Below, piece after piece: positions 56,588-64,000 of a stretch of DNA of 64,000 nt (its first letter is position 1; the number at the start of each line of letters is the position of its first letter). The translations under genes and the position numbers were made by a program. The notes below the pieces were generated by a model. The model did no database searches. It was not told where the DNA came from and saw nothing but the letters and a program-made list of their open reading frames with translations. Source of the stretch: Patescibacteria group bacterium (GTDB lineage Bacteria; Patescibacteriota; Microgenomatia; UBA1400; PJMF01); assembly GCA_023382875.1 (NCBI GenBank), contig JAHDXH010000001.1, positions 95,527 to 159,526 of the forward strand. Reading direction: 5' to 3'.

Positions 56588-56623
56588 AATAACCCAGATC
56601 CACAAATTCTGGGTTATTTTTTT
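56588..56623 (+). terminator. Intrinsic terminator
   Basis: AATAACCCAGA/TCTGGGTTATT stem + T-run. Confidence 0.8.
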
Positions 56624-56628
56624 ATACC

Positions 56629-56656
56629 AAAAACCCCTCCTTGCGGAGGGGTTTTC
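56629..56656 (-). terminator. Terminator of the str operon (after tuf)
   Basis: AAAACCCCTCC-GCAA-GGAGGGGTTTTT on the minus strand. Confidence 0.88.
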
Positions 56657-56680
56657 TAGTATTTCTACTGTAGGCCAAAA

Positions 56681-57874
56681 TTATTTTACAATTTTGGTGA
56701 TTGCACCAGCGCCGATGGTGTGACCACCTTCGCGGATAGCAAATCTTAAGCCTTCGTGCAAAGCAACTGGCACAATGAGTTTAACACTCATTTTAGCGTT
56801 GTCGCCTGGCATGACCATTTCGACACCTGCTGGCAAAGTGACTTCACCAGTGACGTCAGTGGTTCTGATGTAGAACTGTGGTCTGTAACCAGTAAAGAAT
56901 GGTTTGTGACGACCGCCTTCTTCTTTGGTCAAAACGTAGACCTCAGCTTCGAATTCAGTGTGAGCTTTAGCAGTGCCGGTTTTGGCCAAAACTTGACCTC
57001 TCTCGACAGCTTCTTTTTCGATACCTCTTAAGAGGATACCGACGTTGTCACCAGCTTGACCTTGGTCAAGAAGTTTTCTGAACATTTCAACACCAGTAAC
57101 GACTGATTTTTGAGTGTCTTTGATACCGACAATTTCGATTTCATCGTTAACTTTGATGATACCGGTTTCGACTCTACCAGTGACGACAGTACCTCTACCT
57201 TTGATAGAGAAAACGTCTTCAATTGGCATTAAGAATGGTTTGTCCAATTCGCGAACTGGATCTGGGATCCATGAGTCACAAGTTTGGATAAGTTTGAAAA
57301 CTCCATCTTGAGCTTCTGCATCACCTTCGAGGGCTTTGAGAGCACTAACACGAACGACAGGAATGTTGTCACCGTCGAAGTCGTATTTGGTTAAGAGTTC
57401 GCGGACTTCCATTTCGACTAAGTCAAGAAGTTCGGCGTCATCAACCATGTCACATTTGTTCAATGCAACCACAATTTGTGGAACGTTCACTTGTTTAGCC
57501 AAGAGAATGTGTTCGCGGGTTTGTGGCATTGGACCGTCAGTAGCAGCGACGACCAAAATAGCACCGTCCATTTGAGCAGCACCTGTGATCATGTTTTTGA
57601 TGTAGTCAGCGTGACCTGGAGCGTCAATGTGAGCATAGTGTCTCTTTTCAGATTCGTACTCAATGTGAGAAAGGTTGATCGTGACTCCACGAGCAATTTC
57701 CTCTGGACTTGATTCGATATCTGCATAAACCATAGCTTTGTTAGTTTCACAAGGAACTTTCTTAGCTAAAGTTTGAGTAATTGCAGCAGTTAAAGTGGTC
57801 TTGCCGTGGTCAACGTGGCCGATAGTGCCGATGTTAACGTGAGGCTTGGCGCGATTAAATTTGTTGTCTGCCAT
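56681..57874 (-). CDS. tuf: Elongation factor Tu
   Basis: [28 protein letters not shown]. Confidence 0.98.
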   Translation of the reverse strand: MADNKFNRAKPHVNIGTIGHVDHGKTTLTAAITQTLAKKVPCETNKAMVYADIESSPEEIARGVTINLSHIEYESEKRHYAHIDAPGHADYIKNMITGAAQMDGAILVVAATDGPMPQTREHILLAKQVNVPQIVVALNKCDMVDDAELLDLVEMEVRELLTKYDFDGDNIPVVRVSALKALEGDAEAQDGVFKLIQTCDSWIPDPVRELDKPFLMPIEDVFSIKGRGTVVTGRVETGIIKVNDEIEIVGIKDTQKSVVTGVEMFRKLLDQGQAGDNVGILLRGIEKEAVERGQVLAKTGTAKAHTEFEAEVYVLTKEEGGRHKPFFTGYRPQFYIRTTDVTGEVTLPAGVEMVMPGDNAKMSVKLIVPVALHEGLRFAIREGGHTIGAGAITKIVK

Positions 57875-57929
57875 AATGTCTCCTTTATTTTTTATTAATT
57901 GGCTTTTACTAATTTATACTAATTCTATG

Positions 57930-60047
57930 TTATTTCTTTCGTTCTTCTTGGATTTTCTCCACAATGCTTTGAGGAACAGGTTCGTAAGTATGTGGGAGCA
58001 TCACACTTGAGGCTCTACCTTGAGTCATACTTCTAAGAATTGTAACATAGCCCTGCATTTCAGCCAACGGCACTAAGGCTGTGATAATAACCACATTACC
58101 TCTGTTGGTTGTGCCTTGAATTTGGCCGCGGCGACTTGATAGGTCACCAATGACATCACCCATAAAGTTTTCTGGGGTGGTCACTTCAACTTTCATCACT
58201 GGCTCAAGTAAGACCATGCCAGCTTTGGCAGTAGATTCTCTCATAGCGAGGGAACCTGCCATTTTGAATGAAAGTTCTGAAGAGTCAACTTCGTGGTAAG
58301 AACCGTCGAATAAAGTAACTTTAATGTCAGTCATTGGGTAACCAGCCAAGAAACCTCTCTCGAGAGATTCTTGAACACCTTTGTCGGTTGGAGTAATGTA
58401 TTCACGAGGAACGACACCACCCTTGATTTCGTTAACAAATTCGTAGCCTGTGCCTCTTTCTTTTGGTTCGATTCTGAGCCAAACGTGACCATATTGACCG
58501 CGACCACCAGTTTGCTTGATGTATTTACCTTCACCTTCAGCGGCTTTGGTAATAGTTTCTCTGTAAGCAACTTGGGGAGCACCGATGTTGGCATCAACTT
58601 TGAACTCTCTCTTCATACGATCAACCAAAATTTCCAAGTGAAGTTCGCCCATACCACCAATGATGGTTTGACCGGTTTCATGGTTGGTTTTGATCGCAAA
58701 GGTAGGATCTTCTTCAGATAATTTAGCCAAAGCTAAGCCCATTTTTTCTTGGTCAGATTTGGTTTTTGGTTCAATAGCCAAAGAGATAACTGGTTCAGCA
58801 AAGTTAATACCTTCCAAAATAATTGGTGCGGTTTCTTCACAAAGAGTGTCACCAGTTCTAGTGTCTTTTAAGCCCACGATTGCGACGATTTCACCAGCTT
58901 TTGCTTCTTGAATATCTTCTCTTTCGTTAGCGTGCATGAGCAGTAAACGACCAACTCTTTCTTTGACGTTTCTGGTGGAGTTATAAATGTAACTACCAGC
59001 TTGAATGGTTCCAGAGTAAATACGAGTGTAGGTAAGTTTACCAACGTGTGGGTCAGTTTGGATTTTGAAAGCCAAAGCTGAGGTTTTTTCTTCAGGAATA
59101 AGGCGACGAGTTTCTTCGGCGTGAGTTTTTGGATTCTCGCCGTTGATATGTTCAACATCACTTGGTGATGGTAAGTACTCAACCACGGCATCAAGCATTG
59201 GTTGAACGCCAGTGTTCTTGAGGGAAGAGCCACAGTAAACAGGAACGAGTTGATAGTTGATGACAGCTCTTCTCAAAGCGGCTTTGAGGTCGTTGAGCTC
59301 GAGTGGTTCATCAGCAAAGAATTTTTCGAGCAATGCTTCATCGGTTTCAGCAATAGCTTCAACTAATTGAGCTCTGAGTTCTTCAACTTGATCTTTATAT
59401 TCTTCAGGAATTTCTTTGACTTCTGGTTCAGTGTCTTGCTCGTTATCTTTCCAGTATAAGGCTTTTCTCTCCAGAAGTTGGATCATGCCTCTGAACTCAT
59501 TTTCTTTACCCATTGGCAAGACCATGATGGCTGGTTTGACACCAAACTTGGTTTTAATGTCTTCGACAGTGGCGAAGAAATCAGCACCTAATTTGTCCAT
59601 TTTGTTAACGAAACAAATTCTTGGAACGTTATATTTGTCAGCCTGGCGCCAGACAGTTTCAGATTGAGATTGAACACCTTCTGAAGCGTCAAGAACAGTG
59701 ATTCCACCATCCAAAACACGGAGTGAGCGTTCAACTTCAGCAGTGAAGTCAACGTGTCCGGGAGTGTCGATGATGTTGAAACGATATTTAGCTTTAGCTA
59801 AGTGAGTATCAAAGTGTGGTTCCCAGAAAGCAGTAGTAGCGGCAGAAACGATGGTAATGCCTCTTTCTTGCTCTTGAGCCATCCAGTCCATGGTAGCAGC
59901 GCCTTCGTGAACTTCACCGATTTTATAGTTACGACCAGTAAAGAACAAAATACGTTCTGTAGTGGTAGTTTTTCCAGCATCAATATGGGCAATAATACCG
60001 ATATTGCGGACTCTTTCTAATGGGACACGAATGTTATAGCTACTCAT
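57930..60047 (-). CDS. fusA: Elongation factor G
   Basis: [36 protein letters not shown]. Confidence 0.98.
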   Translation of the reverse strand: MSSYNIRVPLERVRNIGIIAHIDAGKTTTTERILFFTGRNYKIGEVHEGAATMDWMAQEQERGITIVSAATTAFWEPHFDTHLAKAKYRFNIIDTPGHVDFTAEVERSLRVLDGGITVLDASEGVQSQSETVWRQADKYNVPRICFVNKMDKLGADFFATVEDIKTKFGVKPAIMVLPMGKENEFRGMIQLLERKALYWKDNEQDTEPEVKEIPEEYKDQVEELRAQLVEAIAETDEALLEKFFADEPLELNDLKAALRRAVINYQLVPVYCGSSLKNTGVQPMLDAVVEYLPSPSDVEHINGENPKTHAEETRRLIPEEKTSALAFKIQTDPHVGKLTYTRIYSGTIQAGSYIYNSTRNVKERVGRLLLMHANEREDIQEAKAGEIVAIVGLKDTRTGDTLCEETAPIILEGINFAEPVISLAIEPKTKSDQEKMGLALAKLSEEDPTFAIKTNHETGQTIIGGMGELHLEILVDRMKREFKVDANIGAPQVAYRETITKAAEGEGKYIKQTGGRGQYGHVWLRIEPKERGTGYEFVNEIKGGVVPREYITPTDKGVQESLERGFLAGYPMTDIKVTLFDGSYHEVDSSELSFKMAGSLAMRESTAKAGMVLLEPVMKVEVTTPENFMGDVIGDLSSRRGQIQGTTNRGNVVIITALVPLAEMQGYVTILRSMTQGRASSVMLPHTYEPVPQSIVEKIQEERKK

Positions 60048-60099
60048 ATAAGTAAATAAATATTATTAACAACTGTAATACTGGAAAAGCTCAATTGGC

Positions 60100-60576
60100 C
60101 TACCACCTGAAGTGAGAGAAGGCTTTGTTGGCTTCTGCCATTTTGTGGGAAGCGTTCTTCTTAGAGATAGAACCACCCAAGTTTTCCAAAGCATCCAACA
60201 TCTCAGCTGCCAATTTGTCAGCAAATGTGTGATATTGTTTGTTTGGTCTCTTGTTTGATTCTTCAATTAGCCAGCGAACGGCCAAAGAAAAACCTCTTTT
60301 GGTGCGGATTGGCATAGGCACTTGGTAAGCAGCACCACCAACACGACGAGAGCGGACTTCCATTTGTGGAGTAACGTTCTCTAAAACGGCATCTAACAAT
60401 TCTAATGGTTTTTTGCCAATTTTTTCACTGGCAATTTCCAAAGCTTGATAGACTTCTTTTTGAGCAACGCTTTTTTTGCCATCTCTCATGGCACGATTGA
60501 TTAATTTAGCCACTTTAACTGAGCCATATTTGGCATCAGGAAGGACTTCTCGGATTTTAGCTTGTTTGGATCTCAT
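60100..60576 (-). CDS. rpsG: 30S ribosomal protein S7
   Basis: RRVGGAAYQVP, HKMAEANKAFSH. Confidence 0.98.
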   Translation of the reverse strand: MRSKQAKIREVLPDAKYGSVKVAKLINRAMRDGKKSVAQKEVYQALEIASEKIGKKPLELLDAVLENVTPQMEVRSRRVGGAAYQVPMPIRTKRGFSLAVRWLIEESNKRPNKQYHTFADKLAAEMLDALENLGGSISKKNASHKMAEANKAFSHFRW

Positions 60577-60577
60577 T

Positions 60578-60988
60578 TTAACCCTTCTTTACACCGTATT
60601 TACTTCTACTAGTCTTACGGTTAGTAACACCAGCACAGTCGAATTTGCCGCGGACGATGTGATATTTCACACCAGGTAAGTCTTTAACTCTTCCGCCTCT
60701 AACCAACACTACGGAGTGTTCTGCCAAGTTGTGACCTTCGCCCATGATATAAGCGGTGACTTCAACTTTATTGGACAGTCTAACTCTAGCCACTTTACGC
60801 AAAGCTGAGTTTGGTTTCTTTGGAGTCATGGTTTTGACCAAAGTACAAACACCACGCTTTTGTGGATTGGTGGTTTTGGTAGGTCGACCAGTGATAGTGT
60901 TAAAACTACGTCTAAAAGCGGTAGCTTTAACTCTGGTTGGTCGAGTTTTTCGTCCGCCTTGGCGGATGAGTTGATTAATTGTAGGCAT
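60578..60988 (-). CDS. rpsL: 30S ribosomal protein S12
   Basis: [27 protein letters not shown]. Confidence 0.98.
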   Translation of the reverse strand: MPTINQLIRQGGRKTRPTRVKATAFRRSFNTITGRPTKTTNPQKRGVCTLVKTMTPKKPNSALRKVARVRLSNKVEVTAYIMGEGHNLAEHSVVLVRGGRVKDLPGVKYHIVRGKFDCAGVTNRKTSRSKYGVKKG

Positions 60989-61055
60989 AAATACTTGCTT
61001 GTTTCACTAACAATACATTAATACAAAATAGGTCATGATTATAACACACATTCCC

Positions 61056-64000
61056 CTAGCTTTCGATTTCAATCGAAGCTTTTTCAGCACTGGTGGGGAT
61101 GAGTCTACCAATAATGACGTTTTCTTTAAGTCCCTCAAGGTAATCAACAGCACCTGATGCTGCGGCATCGGTCAACACATTTTTGGTGTGTTGGAATGAG
61201 GCTGCAGATAACCATGAACTGGTAAAGAGAGATGATCTGGTAATACCCAAGATCATAACCTTAGCAGTAGCTGGTTCACCGCCAGCGGCCATGGTTGCAT
61301 CATTTTCCTTAACGAACTTATTTCTTTCGATAACTTCTCCGGTCAAGAAGTCGGTGTCGCCTGGATTCTCGACTTGAACCTTGTCAGCCATTTTTCTCAA
61401 GATAACTTCGAAGTGTTTGTCGTGAATTGGAATACCCTGAGATTCATAAACACCTTGAGCTTGTGCCAAGACGTATTCTTGGGTTGAAAGCAAGCCTTTG
61501 GTATTAAGAATTTCTTTTGGATCGACTGAACCTTTGGTGAGTTGAGCGCCCATGTGGACCATATCGCCTTCTGAGACTAAGAGTTCAGAGTTATTGGCCA
61601 CTTTGTAGGATGCTTCTTCATCGCCATCAGCAGTGATTTTGATCAAAGTGTATTTTTCAGTTGTTTCAATTGAAACTTTACCAGCGACAGCGGTGATTGG
61701 AGCTTGGCTCTTTGGAGTACGAGCTTCGAAAAGCTCTTCGACTCTTGGTAAACCTTGAGTCACGTCCAAGCCGACGATACCACCGGAGTGCTTAACACGC
61801 ATGGTAAGCTGAGTTCCAGGTTCACCGATTGATTGAGCAGCAATGACACCCACTGGAACACCTAGTTCGACTTCGTCTCTGGTTGAGAAGTCCCAACCAT
61901 AACACTTAGCACACATGCCGAGTGGTGACTCACAAGTGAGTGGTGAGCGAACGTCTACAGCTTCGATTCCGAGACTGTCAACTTCTTCAGCCAATTCTTG
62001 AGTAATGATGTCGTTAGCAGCGACTAAAACTTTATTACCTTTTTTAATGTCTTTACTTGCGTAACGACCGGTAATTCGTTTAGCGAACACTTCTGGTCTA
62101 TCTTCTCTTCTGATTTCTAGACCTTTGGTGGTTTCACAGTCAGCTAATCTGATAATCACGTCGTGAGCAACGTCGACCAATCTACGAGTTAAGTAACCAG
62201 CGTCAGCAGTTTTCAAAGCTGAGTCAGTCAAACCTTTTCTTGAACCACGAGCAGAGGTCACGTATTCGAAAATTGACAAACCTTGTCTAAAGTTAGATTT
62301 GGTAGGCATTTCCACAATGTTACCAAGTGGGTCAACGACCAAACCTCTCATGGCAGCAAGCTGTTTGACCTGATCGCGGGAAGCACGGGTACCACCGGAA
62401 TTAATCATGACTTTGACAGCGTTGTCTTCATCATAAGAATCCCAGGTTTGGTTGGCCACTTCGTCAGTGGTTGCAATCCAGAGGTCCACGTTCATGCGCT
62501 TTCTTTCGTCGCCAGTAATCAAACCTTGGAGATAGTTTTCTTGAATCTCTTCAGCTTTTTTGTTGGCTTCAGCGATAATTACGTCTTTAGCTTCAATCAT
62601 CTTACAGTCAGAGACAGCAACGGATAAACCAGATTTGGTAATACTAGCAAAACCGAGGTCTTTGATAGTGTCAATTAAAGTAGCAACGCGTTCGTTATCT
62701 TCGTGCTCAATGGCTTTGGTAACAATCTGTTTAATGACTTTAGCAGTCACAGCAGAATTGATGAAACCATACCAAGCTGGCAAGATATCGTTGAATTTCA
62801 AACGACCAACAGTGGTTTCAATAATCTTAGTTTCGTTGTCAACTTGAGTTCTAACCTTGATGAGTTGTCTTTCAGAAATAAGGCCGATTTGGTTAGCGTG
62901 ATAAGCTTCATCTTTGGAAGCAAAAATGGTGCTAACTTTTTCAGCTTTAGTGTCAACATCAGTCATGTAGAAAACACCAAGAGCCATGTCTTTGTTTGGC
63001 ACAGTGATTGGTTCACCGTTAGCTGGTTTCAAAAGGTTGTTTGATGGCATCATCAAATCTCTTGATTCTTCTTGAGCGGCTTTGGTCAAAGGCACGTGAA
63101 CAGCCATTTGGTCACCGTCGAAGTCAGCGTTATAGCCAGAACAGACACATGGGTGAAGTTGAATGGCATTACCTTCAGTCAATTGTGGGTAGAAAGATTG
63201 CATACCCAATTTGTGAAGGGTTGGAGCACGGTTCAAAATCACAGGGTGATTTTTGGTCACTCTTTCCAAAATGTCGTAGACGATTGGTTCTTTTCTCTCC
63301 AATAAGTGTTTGGCGGTTTTGACGTTTGGTGAAATTCCACCAGAAATCAATTCGCGAAGCACGTATGGTTTGAACATTTCCAGAGCGATGTCTTTTGGTA
63401 AACCACATTCATTAAGTTTGAGATGTGGACCAACAACGATAACGGAACGACCTGAGTAGTCAACACGTTTACCCAACAAGTTTTGACGGAAGCGACCTTG
63501 TTTACCTTTAAGCATCTCAGAAAGTGAGCGCAAAGGCCTTCTGGTAGCGCGTCTGTTTTGTCGAGCTTGAGTGGAGTCAATCAATGAGTCCACAGCTTCT
63601 TGAAGCATTCTTTTTTCGTTGCGCAAGATAATTTCTGGAGCACCGAGGTTGATCAAATGTTTCAAACGGTTGTTGCGGTTGATAACTCTTCTATATAAGT
63701 CATTTAGGTCTGAGGTAGCAAAGCGACCGCCAGATAATTGAACCATTGGACGAAGGTCTGGTGGGATGACAGGTAAGATACTAATAAACATCCAAGCTGG
63801 ATCGATATTAGCTTTTCTTAAACCTTCGGCAACTCTCAAACGTTTGATGGCTTTGATGCGTTTGGCACCTTTGTTTTCATCCATCTCTTTTCTGAGTTTT
63901 TCCACTAAAGTATCAAGATTGATATCTTTGACCAATTCCATGACACTTTCAGCGCCCATACCAACTCTAATGTGATCAACGGCGTTGTATTCATCAAGCT
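61056..64000 (-). CDS. rpoC: RNA polymerase beta' subunit (5' part outside the window)
   Basis: NADFDGD, RQNLLGKRVDYSGRS, GEPGTQLTMR, GLKENVIIG; frame open to window edge. Confidence 0.98.
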   Translation of the reverse strand, partial: LDEYNAVDHIRVGMGAESVMELVKDINLDTLVEKLRKEMDENKGAKRIKAIKRLRVAEGLRKANIDPAWMFISILPVIPPDLRPMVQLSGGRFATSDLNDLYRRVINRNNRLKHLINLGAPEIILRNEKRMLQEAVDSLIDSTQARQNRRATRRPLRSLSEMLKGKQGRFRQNLLGKRVDYSGRSVIVVGPHLKLNECGLPKDIALEMFKPYVLRELISGGISPNVKTAKHLLERKEPIVYDILERVTKNHPVILNRAPTLHKLGMQSFYPQLTEGNAIQLHPCVCSGYNADFDGDQMAVHVPLTKAAQEESRDLMMPSNNLLKPANGEPITVPNKDMALGVFYMTDVDTKAEKVSTIFASKDEAYHANQIGLISERQLIKVRTQVDNETKIIETTVGRLKFNDILPAWYGFINSAVTAKVIKQIVTKAIEHEDNERVATLIDTIKDLGFASITKSGLSVAVSDCKMIEAKDVIIAEANKKAEEIQENYLQGLITGDERKRMNVDLWIATTDEVANQTWDSYDEDNAVKVMINSGGTRASRDQVKQLAAMRGLVVDPLGNIVEMPTKSNFRQGLSIFEYVTSARGSRKGLTDSALKTADAGYLTRRLVDVAHDVIIRLADCETTKGLEIRREDRPEVFAKRITGRYASKDIKKGNKVLVAANDIITQELAEEVDSLGIEAVDVRSPLTCESPLGMCAKCYGWDFSTRDEVELGVPVGVIAAQSIGEPGTQLTMRVKHSGGIVGLDVTQGLPRVEELFEARTPKSQAPITAVAGKVSIETTEKYTLIKITADGDEEASYKVANNSELLVSEGDMVHMGAQLTKGSVDPKEILNTKGLLSTQEYVLAQAQGVYESQGIPIHDKHFEVILRKMADKVQVENPGDTDFLTGEVIERNKFVKENDATMAAGGEPATAKVMILGITRSSLFTSSWLSAASFQHTKNVLTDAAASGAVDYLEGLKENVIIGRLIPTSAEKASIEIES

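Noticed and set aside
60066-60266. 66-aa ORF overlapping the end of rpsG
   Set aside because: Alternate frame of rpsG with no supporting signal
10-63975. Many short ORFs (60-160 aa) in the track, antisense or out-of-frame to long genes
   Set aside because: They are shadows of well-supported conserved genes, with no independent start signals or motifs
1-64000. Alternative genetic code (TGA=Gly or amber recoding)
   Set aside because: Conserved genes are full length in code 11 and both TGA and TAG serve as normal stops; only one suspicious TAG was seen

Overview
Chromosomal window (~38% GC by eye, genetic code 11) of a reduced-genome bacterium, inferred to be Patescibacteria/CPR, probably Microgenomates group (short HolA, FemABX + sortase + FtsEX, several GT-C-like membrane proteins, mostly leaderless genes). 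Core genes: uvrA (broken by a 1-nt frameshift in a T7 run), uvrB, lexA, a carbon-metabolism cluster (PMM/PGM, NUDIX, GlmU-like, degenerate PEP synthase, divergent enolase, gpmI), ftsEX with two coiled-coil wall hydrolases, sortase plus substrate, HU, uppP, lon, prfB, rfbA, comM, gap, pyrH, femX-like, pcrA, tpiA, rpoC(partial)-rpsL-rpsG-fusA-tuf, tRNA-Ile(GAU) and tRNA-Leu(UAG). No CRISPR array, integrase, transposase, RT or rRNA seen. Most notable: (1) an operon of catalytically degenerate PEP-binding enzymes with long disordered tails; (2) a circularly permuted M23 peptidase and a tiny Cys/YGQ-repeat sortase substrate after ftsEX; (3) several self-contained accessory transcription units (near-consensus promoter, boxA-like motif in some, SD, terminator), including an unannotated 43-aa CxxC/HxxH microprotein, a tandem paralog pair, a GC-rich foreign secreted protein with a structured leader, and a ~75-nt candidate sRNA; (4) a direct-repeat candidate LexA operator. 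All family assignments are from motifs read by eye; no database searches were run.
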